Below the pieces are notes generated by a model. The model did no database searches. It had not been told where the DNA came from and worked only from the letters and a program-made list of their open reading frames with translations. A stretch of 64,000 bases of DNA from an uncultured delta proteobacterium (GTDB lineage Bacteria; Desulfobacterota; Binatia; UBA9968): positions 288,001 to 352,000 of the forward strand of contig CAVTUQ010000007.1 of the NCBI GenBank assembly GCA_963737905.1. Direction: 5' to 3'. A program made the position numbers and the translations under genes. Each line of letters begins with the position of its first letter. Position 1 is the first letter of the stretch. Positions 43,024 through 53,443 of the stretch are shown here, in pieces.

Positions 43024-44394
43024 ATGGACAGCATCACACGCAAAATAGCCGAGTACTCTTCTGGCGCAAGGTTAGACGACCTGACCGATGAGAGCGTGCA
43101 TGCCGCGACGCAGCGGCTGATCGATTCTCTTGGCTGTGCGGTCGGGGCTTATGACTGTGAGCCGGCGCAGATCGGCAGGCGATTGGCAGCCGGTCAAGTC
43201 CCGGGCAAGTATCCGGGCTACGTTCTCTGTTTCGGGGACCGGTTGCCGGCGGAGGCTGCAACCTTTATCAATTCGGCGATGATTCGGAATTTCGATTTCA
43301 ACGACCGCTATCCGGGAGGACATCCGAGCGACTGCCTGGGTGCGCTGCTGGCGCTGGCGGGCGCCATGAACGTGGACGGCAAACGCTTTCTTTCGAGCAT
43401 GATCGTCGTATATGAAATTTTTGCCCGGTTGAGCGACGCGACGACGCTTAGCCGGCGCGGATGGGATCAAGGTTACGCGATCGGCATAGCCACAGCGGCG
43501 GGAGTATGTAACCTGTTGAAGCTTTCCATCGATACTACGGCACACGCCGTGGGCATTGCCGCTGCTTCTAATCTTCCGCTCCGCGTCACTCGATCGGGAG
43601 AGCTCACCGCTTGGAAAAATGTCGCTACCGCTTATGCCGCGCGCAATGGATTGTTCGCTGCCTTGCTCGCCGCCGAAGGTATGCCAGGACCGGGCAACGC
43701 TTTTGACGGAAGGAACGGTCTTTGGGAAAAAGTCACCGGCCCATTTGAATTGGCGCCGTTCCCTAACGAGGGCGGTGCGTACCTGACGCGGAGAGTTCAA
43801 CTGAAATATTTGCCCATCGAAACCAATGGACAAGCCGCCGTGTGGGCGGCTCTAGAGCTGCGGTCGAAGGTCAAACCGAGCGAGCTCAAAGAGATTGAAG
43901 TTCTCACTTCCAAGTTTACGTGGTTCGAAATCGGCAGCGAGCCTGAGAAATGGGACCCCCAGACACGCGAGACAGCAGACCACAGCCTTCCCTACATTTT
44001 TGCCAGAGCCCTGGTTGACGGACCGATCCGCATTAGTTCCTTCAATGACGAAGCGGTCCGCGATGCTTCGCTTAGGCCGCTTATGGCAAAAATCAAAGTT
44101 ATTCCGGACGAGCCTATCGAAGCTTTGTTGCCTGAGAAAACCGTGATCAGAGTCATGGCGACTACGATTGATGAAGCGCGCCATTCCGTCGAAATTGTTA
44201 ACCCGCTGGGCCACCCCGAGAATCCGATGCAGGATCGGCATATCGAAGAAAAGTTTATCGCGCTCGTCGAACCGGTCCTCGGGCAAAAGCGCTGCCGGAC
44301 CGCGCTCGACCGCTGGTGGCGAGTCCGAGACGTGGGGGATATGAGCCAACTCATTCAAACCCTCGACCTAGAAACCGTAGAGCGCAATACCTGA
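43024..44394 (+). CDS. MmgE/PrpD family protein (2-methylcitrate dehydratase-like)
   Basis: DSLGC, DFND, GHPSD, RSGELTAWK, RETADHSLPY, GHPENP. Confidence 0.9.
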   Translation: MDSITRKIAEYSSGARLDDLTDESVHAATQRLIDSLGCAVGAYDCEPAQIGRRLAAGQVPGKYPGYVLCFGDRLPAEAATFINSAMIRNFDFNDRYPGGHPSDCLGALLALAGAMNVDGKRFLSSMIVVYEIFARLSDATTLSRRGWDQGYAIGIATAAGVCNLLKLSIDTTAHAVGIAAASNLPLRVTRSGELTAWKNVATAYAARNGLFAALLAAEGMPGPGNAFDGRNGLWEKVTGPFELAPFPNEGGAYLTRRVQLKYLPIETNGQAAVWAALELRSKVKPSELKEIEVLTSKFTWFEIGSEPEKWDPQTRETADHSLPYIFARALVDGPIRISSFNDEAVRDASLRPLMAKIKVIPDEPIEALLPEKTVIRVMATTIDEARHSVEIVNPLGHPENPMQDRHIEEKFIALVEPVLGQKRCRTALDRWWRVRDVGDMSQLIQTLDLETVERNT

Positions 44395-44460
44395 TCCTCA
44401 CGCGCGCACACTTTCAGTCAAAAGCTGATTGGTTTTCGTGAGTCCCAAGAGATCTAGGTC

Positions 44461-45684
44461 GTGAGCCGGCTTTCTTACTCCTATCACGTTCCTCTAGCCG
44501 TACCTTATTGGAACGGGGCAACTTATAGAGGTGTCCTTCGATCGTTCTTATCGGGACGGATTGTTAACGGGCCGGATCTTACCCAGCTGAGAACTGCCGT
44601 GCTCAAAAGACTCGGCGTCGAAGACGCGCTCCTCTGCGGGTCGGGAAGTTTGGCCCTCGAAATTGCTTTGCGGGCATCCGGTGTTGGCAAGGGCGACGAA
44701 GTGGTGATTCCCACCTTTTGTTGCACCAGTGTCGTACCGCCCATTTTAGCCGTTGGCGCGCATCCCGTTCTGGCGGACGTCGGCGAGGAGCTAAACATCA
44801 CCCCTAAGACAGTCGAATTGACACTCACCGAGAAAACCAAAGCCATTATCGTCCCGCACCTTTTTGGCAACCCAGCGGACATCAACGCGATCGTAGAATT
44901 CGTTCGCGGCCGGAACATTCGGGTCATCGACGATGCCGCTCAGGCTTTGGGCGCGACCATCGATGGCCGGCCGGTGGGCGGCTTCGGCGACGCGGGGATT
45001 TTGAGTTTCGGCAGTGAAAAGATTTGTTTTGGTCTTGGTGGGGGCGTGCTCGTTTCTGGAAAGAAGGGATTTCTTAACGGCAGTTCGAATATTGACTTGC
45101 CACCAGCCCGGCCTTTCCCTACGCTGTGGGGTTTTTTTTCGACTGTTACTTGGCGACGTTGGCGGCGCTGGACGCTTCCCGCGCAGGCGTGGTTGTCCCA
45201 TGCGGAGACCATCGGTCCCGAGTCGCCCCCGAATCCATATCGGCAAGAGATTTTATCTAATCTCAACGCCGCAGTGGCCTTGAGTCTCATGCAAACACTG
45301 GACGAGAACATCGCCGCGCGCCGCGCGCGCGTCAGAGCCTATCAGGAGTTGCTCGGTGCCGAGAAACGCTTATCTCTCATATCGCATCGATCGGGATCGG
45401 CGTGCCTGACCCAGGTTATTCGTGTCTTCCCTCAACGCTGCGGCGATGATCTGTCCGGGCATCTCATCGGGACACTCCGCCGCGCGGGTTACGAAGTTCA
45501 AGGAAGCTATGTTCCGATCCATCTTCTCTCTTCCTATGAACCATGGGTGCGCGAACGTCTTCCGCATACGGAACGAGTCTGGAGCGATTTGATCGAGCTC
45601 CCTTGTGAGCCTGGCGTGAGCTTCGCACACGTAGAGCGGATCGCTGCCATCGTTAAGCAGGTTCTCGGGCGCCAGTGCTCGTAG
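44461..45684 (+). CDS. DegT/DnrJ/EryC1/StrS family PLP-dependent aminotransferase
   Basis: GDEVVIP, PHLFG, IDDAAQALG, SFGSEK..GGG. Confidence 0.85.
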   Translation: MSRLSYSYHVPLAVPYWNGATYRGVLRSFLSGRIVNGPDLTQLRTAVLKRLGVEDALLCGSGSLALEIALRASGVGKGDEVVIPTFCCTSVVPPILAVGAHPVLADVGEELNITPKTVELTLTEKTKAIIVPHLFGNPADINAIVEFVRGRNIRVIDDAAQALGATIDGRPVGGFGDAGILSFGSEKICFGLGGGVLVSGKKGFLNGSSNIDLPPARPFPTLWGFFSTVTWRRWRRWTLPAQAWLSHAETIGPESPPNPYRQEILSNLNAAVALSLMQTLDENIAARRARVRAYQELLGAEKRLSLISHRSGSACLTQVIRVFPQRCGDDLSGHLIGTLRRAGYEVQGSYVPIHLLSSYEPWVRERLPHTERVWSDLIELPCEPGVSFAHVERIAAIVKQVLGRQCS

Positions 45685-45922
45685 ACGGAACCCGCACAGC
45701 TTGACTTCGAAGACTCCTCTTCCGATTTTACGCCCAGCTACCTTCGGTTGGCGAAGTTCGCGGCTTTGGCCTTTTCTATCGTTTTTCCATGTGCTAAAAA
45801 TTCAGAAGATGTGAGCCATTGCCTTTCGACGGATTCGGAATCTATCGTGAGTCCGAATCTCGCCGGAGCATTCATAGTCGACTTCAGTCGCTGTGACATC
45901 TTCGATCACTTGCCTTTGAGTA

Positions 45923-46228
45923 TTGAAACTTCCATTCCAAGCCCGGAAAAAAATCAAGCACAAAGCAGGTCTGTTGATTTTTTGCCTTTGTGTTTTTGGT
46001 TGCGGTAAACAGAGCGCCCACTTGAAATGGGAAGATACCAGCGACACCGAAGCAGGATTTAGAATTTATAGGATTACAGCTAAGGATACGACAAAGATCG
46101 ACGAGGTGGGGCCCAACGTCACTAACTATGTCGATAAAGACGCGCCTCCAGGAGCTTGTTATGCGGTGAGCGCTTTTAATTCCGCTGGAGAGTCTTCTCC
46201 CTCCAATACGGCGTGTCTCGCGGACTAA
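45923..46228 (+). CDS. Small putative lipoprotein with a fibronectin type III-like domain
   Basis: Hydrophobic stretch + VFGC; LKWEDTSDTEAGFRIYR...YAVSAFNSAGES. Confidence 0.65.
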   Translation: MKLPFQARKKIKHKAGLLIFCLCVFGCGKQSAHLKWEDTSDTEAGFRIYRITAKDTTKIDEVGPNVTNYVDKDAPPGACYAVSAFNSAGESSPSNTACLAD

Positions 46229-46339
46229 CACCGGCTGTTATCACGACAGCGGTCAATAGAAAACAATTGTCTTATGTGATAGGGGTACGAGAATCCCACC
46301 GGGGGTTGTTTTGCAGAGTTTCCAGCGGGAGAAAAGCTT

Positions 46340-47080
46340 ATGGGAATTTCAAGCGAGCAGTTCGTTAAAGAGATTCAGCAAATGGTGCGAAGAAAGCACT
46401 CCAAGGACCATCCGATCATCGGCCTGATCGAGGACGGCAAGCTGGACCGGGGACAACTGAAAGGGTTTGTCGGGCAGTTCTATCTTTTTTTTCCGAAACC
46501 GTTTCCCAAGCCCATCGCGGCTATGCTGAGCCGGTGTCCGGATGATCCGGAACTCGAGAAGATGTGGATCGAGAATGTGGTGGAGGAGGGGACAGGGGAG
46601 ATCACGGGCACCGATAGTCACAAAGGACTGTTCATTCGTTTCGCGAACGCCTGCGGATACGGTAAGGAGGAATTGGACCGGGTGGAACCCTTGCCGGAGA
46701 CCGAAGCGTTTTTGGACTGGCGTGAGTTACTCATGTACCAACGCTCCTGGTTGGAGCTCTACGCATGCCAAGGATTTTGTCTCGAGGGTACCGCCAACGA
46801 ACGGATGACGCGCATCGTGAACGGGCTGACGAAATATTACGGATTCGATCGCAACTCGGAAGATATCCGTTATTGGACCTTGCATATGGGAGTGGACGAA
46901 GAGCACATGAAAGTCGGGCCACTGGCGGTGGAGCGATATGCGGTAACGGAGCCGCAACAAGCCCAAGTCCGGGCGTCCGTGCAGAAGACACTGGACCAGT
47001 TTTGGCTGGCATTTGACGGAATCAAGCGCGCGTTTGTCGACAAAGATCCACTCTACGCCAGGTGGCGCAACGGAAACTAA
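46340..47080 (+). CDS. Heme-oxygenase-like diiron (TenA/PqqC/CADD-like) protein
   Basis: HP, ENVVEE..G....SH, LE, YWTLH..VDEEH. Confidence 0.85.
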   Translation: MGISSEQFVKEIQQMVRRKHSKDHPIIGLIEDGKLDRGQLKGFVGQFYLFFPKPFPKPIAAMLSRCPDDPELEKMWIENVVEEGTGEITGTDSHKGLFIRFANACGYGKEELDRVEPLPETEAFLDWRELLMYQRSWLELYACQGFCLEGTANERMTRIVNGLTKYYGFDRNSEDIRYWTLHMGVDEEHMKVGPLAVERYAVTEPQQAQVRASVQKTLDQFWLAFDGIKRAFVDKDPLYARWRNGN

Positions 47081-47093
47081 GGAGGATTTTTCC

Positions 47094-47750
47094 ATGGAAA
47101 TGGTTGATCTCTCGCGGGTGATCTATGACGGAATGCCAAAGATCCCGATTCTTCCTGAAGTTCATGTGCAGAAGTTTTTAAGCTTGGAAAAGGGTCATCC
47201 TTTAAATGTAACCGAGCTTTCTTTGCCTTGCCACGCGGGGACTCACGTCGATGCGCCGATTCACATCGTGCCCAACGGCAAATCCATCGAAGAGCTGCCG
47301 CTCGATGCTTTTGTCGGGACGGGCGCGGTCATCGGCGTGAAAAAGAAGGGCGGGGAAGAGGTCACGGCCAAGGATCTGGAGAGTTCAGGCGTGCCGGTCA
47401 ATCGCGGTGACATTCTGATGCTCTATACCGGTTGGGACGAAAAGTTCGATAGCCCGGACTACAACCTGCATCCCTACCTCTCCGTAGATGCCGCGGAATG
47501 GATGGTCAAAAAAGGGATCAAGATGTTCGGCATCGACTGCATTACGGTTGACCTTCCGACGCCGCTTCGGCCGAAGGGATTTGATTTCCCGGTTCACCGA
47601 ATGTTACTGGGGAACAATGTGCTGATCGCCGAAAACGTAACCAACTTGAGCAGTATAGTCGGCAAGAGGACCAGAATCCTGGCCCTGCCTCTGCGCGTGA
47701 AGGGCAGCGATGCCGGCCATGCCAGGATTGTGGCGGAGGTATTGAACTAA
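47094..47750 (+). CDS. Cyclase family (kynurenine formamidase-like) metallohydrolase
   Basis: HAGTHVDAPIH, GID, H..LL, EN; AAGGAGG RBS. Confidence 0.9.
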   Translation: MEMVDLSRVIYDGMPKIPILPEVHVQKFLSLEKGHPLNVTELSLPCHAGTHVDAPIHIVPNGKSIEELPLDAFVGTGAVIGVKKKGGEEVTAKDLESSGVPVNRGDILMLYTGWDEKFDSPDYNLHPYLSVDAAEWMVKKGIKMFGIDCITVDLPTPLRPKGFDFPVHRMLLGNNVLIAENVTNLSSIVGKRTRILALPLRVKGSDAGHARIVAEVLN

Positions 47751-47754
47751 CATC

Positions 47755-48723
47755 ATGGCGCTGACTAAACCCATCAAAGGCATTATCGGAGCTTGCCTTA
47801 CACCGTTCGACGAGAACGATCGGATAAATTACCAGGCGTTGGAGAAAGAAATTGATTTCATCGTTTCTGATTGCGACGCCATCACCATTGCCGCGGTAGA
47901 AGCGGCCGAATATACCATGTTGTCCCGCGATGAGCGGAAGGAAATACTGCGCATTGCCACTGAAATGGTCAACAAGCGCGTGCCGGTCATTCTTGGTTGC
48001 TCGAGCCCGTCTCCTAGAGAGGTCATCGAATTGGCGGAATACTCTGCGAAGGTGGGCGGGGATCTGGTGCAAGTCCTGATGCCGCTTCGGCCCTGGGGAG
48101 GCCAGCCGACGATCGCCGAGTTGATGGAATTCTATACTCAAGTCGCCTCCGCAAGCCCGCTGCCGGTGACCTGTTACCACAACCCGGGACCCGGCGCAGA
48201 TCCGCCGCAGGATGCCTTCGTCAAGATCAGCGAAATCGACAATATTCGTTACTTTAAGGAAAGCTCGCGGGATATTACAAAAATATCCAGATTGATTGAA
48301 CAAATCGATTTAGCCGGACGTGGCTATTATTTTACGACGATGCAACCTCTACTGGTGACTCTGATGCTCGGTGGGTCGGGTGCGACGATGCCGCCGCCGG
48401 GGACCAGAATCGGCGCGCAGATTGTCAGAGCCTTCAGGGCAGGGGATCTCGATACGGCACGCTTCTGGGCGCGCTGCTATGCGCTATTTCCGGGAAAATG
48501 GGCAGCCTACGGTTTACCGCCTGTGATGAAATCGGCGATGAAACATTTTGGTATCGACATCGGAAATCCGTGCCGGCCTTATGCCCCCGTTAGCCCCCGT
48601 GACCATGCACAGATCGGGCAATTTCTCCAACAAGTGGGTCTCATTGGCGAAGCGGGACCGACACCTCAAGCATTGTTGGATGCGGGTGAGAAGCTTCGCC
48701 AGGAAGATACCTTCCTTCGTTAG
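47755..48723 (+). CDS. Dihydrodipicolinate synthase family aldolase/lyase
   Basis: LTPF, ERKEIL, RVPVILG, YHNP, FKES. Confidence 0.85.
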   Translation: MALTKPIKGIIGACLTPFDENDRINYQALEKEIDFIVSDCDAITIAAVEAAEYTMLSRDERKEILRIATEMVNKRVPVILGCSSPSPREVIELAEYSAKVGGDLVQVLMPLRPWGGQPTIAELMEFYTQVASASPLPVTCYHNPGPGADPPQDAFVKISEIDNIRYFKESSRDITKISRLIEQIDLAGRGYYFTTMQPLLVTLMLGGSGATMPPPGTRIGAQIVRAFRAGDLDTARFWARCYALFPGKWAAYGLPPVMKSAMKHFGIDIGNPCRPYAPVSPRDHAQIGQFLQQVGLIGEAGPTPQALLDAGEKLRQEDTFLR

Positions 48724-48967
48724 CGATTCGCAGCCGTCCTCCCGTTTTCGAAAACTGATTTATGGAATGGATTAAGCATCTTTCGGATAAACTATTAATT
48801 TGGTTTCTGCGCGTAACCTCGGGATTCGGCAAGGAGTTGACTCGCGACGGCAAACGGGAACAGACGGCTCTGGCGCGAACAACGGTTAAGAAACCTCAAA
48901 GGACTCGCGATTCGCTCACGCGAACGGTTCAGGGATAAGAGCACATCAGAGTCATAAATCAGCTGCC

Positions 48968-50125
48968 ATGTCTTTGCCTAACGGAAGGAAACGGATCGTT
49001 ATTCTCGGCGGCGGCTGCGGAGGCGTGGTCGCTGCTACCCATTTGGGCCGGAAACTTGGCGCCGATCACGATGTTATTCTCATCGATCGCCGGGCGGACC
49101 ATATTTTTATGCCGGCGTTCCTCTTCGTCATGCTTGGCGAGCGTCAACCCTGGGATATCAGCCGGAGCCTGAGTCATCTGCAAAAGCGCAATGTCAAAGT
49201 CATACAATCGGAGATACGAGGCATCGATCCAACCAGGCAGGAAGTTTCTCTGGAAAAAGAGAAGGTTAGTTACGATTACCTCATCGTCTCTCTAGGATTG
49301 CAGACGAGGCCGGATCTTGTGCCGGGATTTGCCGAAGCATCAATCCATCCCTGGGAGATGGACTCGGCCGTGCGTCTGCGCGATACATTGACAAGCTTTC
49401 GCGGCGGCCGGATTGTGGTTGGGGTTCCGTTGGGGCCATATCGATGCCCGCCAGCGCCTTACGAAACGCAGTGGATGCTCGACGGATATTTTCGCCAACG
49501 GGGCATTCGTGAGCGAGTCGAGATCGAATATTTCACGCGAGATCCGGAGCCGACCGGCGAGGCCCACGACCCGGTCGTCTGGATGGATACCGAGAGCAAG
49601 CGGCGCAACATAAAGCAAAATTACGAATTCGTGGTCCGAGGCATCGATCCGGAAAAGAAAATCGTAAAGGGTCTCTACAACTATAACCTGTCATACGACC
49701 TGCTGGTCATGGTGCCGCCGCACCGGCCGGCGCAGGTACTCCTCGACAGCGGGCTTGCGGAGACTGAGACCGGCATCCGCGTCGATTACGATACGCTGAA
49801 GACCAAATGGGAAAACGTTTACGCTATCGGTGACTGCGCGGACATGCCGGCTTCAAAGGCCGGCGGTGTGGCACACCAAGAGGCGGATGTACTGGCCCAT
49901 AACCTGGCTGTCGAAATCACCGGAAAAGGCAGGCCCGTCGATCTCTGGCTTCACACCATATGACTGCTCGCTTACGGCGCAGGTCGCGCCGCTGCAAATC
50001 GAACTGTTTATCCCACCGGCTGGCCGCCATTTGGCGTCACTGAACCGCGCACCTGGGGACCCTCGCGGCTTATCTATTGGGCAAAGATTGGTTTCGAGAA
50101 GTGGTGGCTGTGGCGGTATTTTTAA
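48968..50125 (+). CDS. Sulfide:quinone oxidoreductase-like FAD-dependent oxidoreductase, probable selenoprotein (UGA at 49961-49963)
   Basis: ILGGG.GG, RCPPAPYE, YAIGD, KAG..A; frame continues 53 codons past TGA to WAKIGFEKWWLWRYF-TAA; SECIS-like hairpin. Confidence 0.85.
49975..49991 (+). promoter_or_regulatory. Putative bacterial SECIS stem-loop
   Basis: CGGCGC-AGGTC-GCGCCG, a perfect 6-bp stem separated from the in-frame UGA by 11 nt, with G at loop position 2. Confidence 0.65.
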
Positions 50126-50237
50126 TCATCCCACTTCTTCAGGGACACCAGTTGCGCCCCTTTGATCATCAATTTAAAAAAACCTTGTGGGAGGGGAGAA
50201 AAGTCGCAGGATTTATTAAAAAAGAGCTATTTACAAA

Positions 50238-50265
50238 AGTTGACATAATATATCTTATCAGACGT
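50238..50265 (-). other. dif: XerCD dif-like recombination site
   Basis: Minus strand ACGTCTGATAA-GATATA-TTATGTCAACT; 11-6-11 architecture; XerD arm differs at 2 of 11 positions from E. coli TTATGTTAAAT; intergenic and AT-rich. Confidence 0.85.
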
Positions 50266-50511
50266 TACGCTAGCGTAAGCGCCTGGACACAAATTTCGCC
50301 GTTCCAGCCAAACTTGAACGATCACTTCAAAATTTAGGCATCCGCTTTGAAATAGTCGAGCGCGTGAAAAAGCGCGACGACGACATCCCATCCACTCGCG
50401 ATCTACAAATCTTCAAATTAGAGCGCGAAGTCGCCGAGCTTAAAGACAATCGCAAAAACTTAAATTACAATCGGACTCTACCAGGGTCAGCGGGAATCTC
50501 AGACCGAGCTT

Positions 50512-50877
50512 AAAGCCATCGGTCTCGCCGTTGATGCGGGCACAGGTTTTGTACCAGTGGGCGGAGTGGTACGACAGTTTGCAAAAGGTGTTCAACGCGG
50601 AGCAGCAGCCGGCGAAGCCATGGCAGCAGCCAAGACAGCAGCGACGGCGGTCAAAGAAGCGACAGAGAAGAATGCTGACACGTTGATTCAAGATGCCATT
50701 GCGAAGGGGATGAAGACTGAAGGCGTTAAGTTCCCGATGCGGTGGAAAGATATTCCTGTAGATGTAGCAGAAGAGTTTGCGAAAACGGCCATCTATCCTG
50801 CTGGGTTGTCAGCAAGCGGATAAAGCAAAAATCCTTGCGACCCGTAGTAAAGCAGGTCCAGTAGAAAGCATTATTCA
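50512..50877 (+). repeat. Direct repeat copy 1 (gene fragment of unknown function)
   Basis: Near-identical to 58998-59351. Confidence 0.9.
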
Positions 50878-51152
50878 ACAACCGCAAAAACTGACGCCGC
50901 GAGAAGAGTTCACCAGAGCAGGTCGATTCATTACCGATGAGCCGGACTACGAACCGCCTTGCCACTACCCTTTACGTCGTAGGATTGAAATATACGACGC
51001 TTCAGCGCAATTTGGGTTCAAACCCCGCGGGGCATTCCAATTGTTTTAAATTCAGACTGAATCACTACCCGCAGTCCCGCTCGTCGCAAAAGCGCCGGAC
51101 CTCATGGCTGCGCATTCTTCAGGTGCCTAACGTTACTTCACATAAAAGCAGG

Positions 51153-51554
51153 CTACGACGTGCGGCCCCAAGCCTGCGCCTCAATCTTCCAGACGCCATC
51201 GTGATTGGCGAACGTGTACGCAAGGGTACCTGTGCGAACGACGGACTGGCCCTTGATCGTGACAGCGAGAGTCCCTGATATGACTGCATAGGCGGACGAG
51301 CCCTCGACATTCCAGAAGCCCATCTCGTAGGAGAGGTGCTCGTGGGTCACGCCAAGGTCCTCACGCCATTTCGCTACGTCAGCAAGCCAATTGGCCGGAG
51401 CATTTGGGTTCAACCAGCGATAGGGCGCAATGCCGTCGATGATGATCGCGGTGTCCCCGAAAACGCTGAGGAAAAGATCGCTGTCTTGGGTGTTGAAGCC
51501 GTTGATGTGGGCGTCGATTAGAGTCTGGATTCCACCCGGTGGGTTGCTCGTCAT
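51153..51554 (-). CDS. NTF2/SnoaL-like protein
   Basis: GGAGG RBS; FN..D...F...F...A.IID..APY.W; WKIEAQAW. Confidence 0.8.
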   Translation of the reverse strand: MTSNPPGGIQTLIDAHINGFNTQDSDLFLSVFGDTAIIIDGIAPYRWLNPNAPANWLADVAKWREDLGVTHEHLSYEMGFWNVEGSSAYAVISGTLAVTIKGQSVVRTGTLAYTFANHDGVWKIEAQAWGRTS

Positions 51555-51580
51555 GGTAATCCTCCACTGCCGGTAGGCAG

Positions 51581-51800
51581 CTAGTGTCCTGACCCCGAAG
51601 AAAATGAAATAAATAGCACGGTCCACTCGTTTACAGGGAGGCGAGCATGCCACTGGGACGCCCGAAGGTCGCGCTGATTCTGACGGACGACGAGCGCGTA
51701 CGAGTCGACTCGTTGGCTCATCGGTCCCGCACGGCGCCGCGCCTGGCACGTCGGGCGCGGATCATTTCTCGCGTGCGCCGAGGGCTGGGACAGCACATTG
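51581..51800 (+). mobile_element. IS630-family remnant (left end plus transposase N-terminus)
   Basis: CTAGTGTCC end; MPLGRPKVALILTDDER..SLAHRSRTAP..ARRARII, then truncated. Confidence 0.75.
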
Positions 51801-51915
51801 ATTCAAGGACAACTCGAAGCTTCATGCTCCCTCCATCCTGAAACGTTACGCCTCTGGGGCAGAAACAGCAAACTAACCATTGAGTATACTGACCAGTATA
51901 TTACAGAGCCCCAAG

Positions 51916-52517
51916 TCAGACTGAATCATTATTCAACAGTCCCGCTCGTGGACTCTCAATGTCAGGGAGTAGGTCTACAAGTTTTAAAGGACATTTTGCA
52001 CCTTGAATCATGATTCTTAATCATTTACTTAACAATGAAAATGAAGGCGGAAGAGCTTTACGAATTGCGCAATGCTGCGAGCGTTACACAAGTGGAACTT
52101 GCAGCTCCATCTCGGCGTGGATCGTCGCACCGTGGGACGGTGGGAGAATGGTCAAATCAAAATCCCTTGCGCTTCGGTTATCGCGATTCGAGCGCTCCTA
52201 CTCCCCTGCCCTACTGATGCAGCGTGGCGCTGCTGGCTCTCCGCTGAACTAGCAAAGAAGACCAGAGCTAGGCCGTGAGCCACAAGCAAGTCAAGGTAAC
52301 GCGAACAATTTCAGATGATATCATCCTTCAGATTGTGGAGAATGGACAGATTAAAGAACAGACGACACTGTCCTGGTCGGAAGTCATCTATTTGGTTGTG
52401 GACATGCTTGCGCTATGGCGAGCGTTGCCTCTGCTCGTGCCGGTGGGTGACTACCTGGAGCAGATCTGTGATTTTTGGGAAGGAATATGCGAGCCGGTTA
52501 TCCACTACCTGATTTAA
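51916..52517 (+). repeat. HTH+ORF2 repeat unit, copy A (ORF1 frameshifted)
   Basis: Highly similar to 54907-55487; extra C near 52088. Confidence 0.9.
52275..52517 (+). CDS. Hypothetical protein (ORF2 of repeat unit A)
   Basis: 80 aa, conserved with 55245-55487. Confidence 0.6.
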   Translation: MSHKQVKVTRTISDDIILQIVENGQIKEQTTLSWSEVIYLVVDMLALWRALPLLVPVGDYLEQICDFWEGICEPVIHYLI

Positions 52518-52588
52518 CTTCTGTAAACTAGACGGGGGTCGCGGTTTGTTTGGTTGGGATGGCTATTATTATGCTTGCCTGGTCATGC

Positions 52589-53227
52589 CTAGGGTGTTAA
52601 TCCAGGATGCTCCCTAAGCGCACGTAGCTCTGCCAGAGACTCATAGAGTATAGTAAACGCGCTCTTCAAGAATAACGTAGCAATTGCGACTCCAACTATT
52701 ATGTCGGGCCAAGAAGAGGCAAAAAACGTTACACCTCCAGCGGCTACTAGCACCGCTAAATTTGCAATAATATCGTTACGCGAGCATAGCCATGTAGAAC
52801 GCATGTTAAGGTCATCGGCGCGATGGCGAAAAAGCAACAGGAAGCAAATACCATTACCCAGCAAAACTAGCACTCCGATAATGCCCATCGTCTCAGCGTT
52901 CGGTACAACCCCTAGCATCACTTTGTGAATGCCTTGTGCCAGGACTGCTAGTCCGAATGCGGCCATGATGATGCCTTTTACAATTGCAGCAGTCGCCTTC
53001 CACTTCAGGCTACGCCACAGGACATACAGGCTGAATCCGTACACAAGTGCATCGCCGAGCATATCGAGTGAGTCGGCGAGGAGCGCCGTCGAATGTGCGA
53101 TCAATCCAGCGGCCGCCTCCACGATGAACAGGACTGCATTGATGGCCAAGACGATAATGAGAATCTTCTTGTGTTCATTGCGCAACGCGCTCAATTCTTC
53201 TGCTTTTGTCTCGCAACAGGAGTCCAT
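52589..53227 (-). CDS. Cation diffusion facilitator family transporter (short form)
   Basis: STALLADSLDMLGD, NMRSTWLCSRND, WPD. Confidence 0.9.
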   Translation of the reverse strand: MDSCCETKAEELSALRNEHKKILIIVLAINAVLFIVEAAAGLIAHSTALLADSLDMLGDALVYGFSLYVLWRSLKWKATAAIVKGIIMAAFGLAVLAQGIHKVMLGVVPNAETMGIIGVLVLLGNGICFLLLFRHRADDLNMRSTWLCSRNDIIANLAVLVAAGGVTFFASSWPDIIVGVAIATLFLKSAFTILYESLAELRALREHPGLTP

Positions 53228-53443
53228 TTCATTTCTAATGTTACCAATTCAATACTATTGTTGCCAGAATATGCGCGAGTGCAGTGACATGACTGCTACC
53301 GAGCGACAGGACATCGAATTGGAGATGTCCGCTGAGAGTTCCGTCTCAAAAATCGTTCGGCGAGACTTCTCAAATAAAACGAAGCAGGACGAAGTTGATC
53401 GACAACGCAAACTTGTAACCGTTCAAAACGCTCAATAAGGAGA

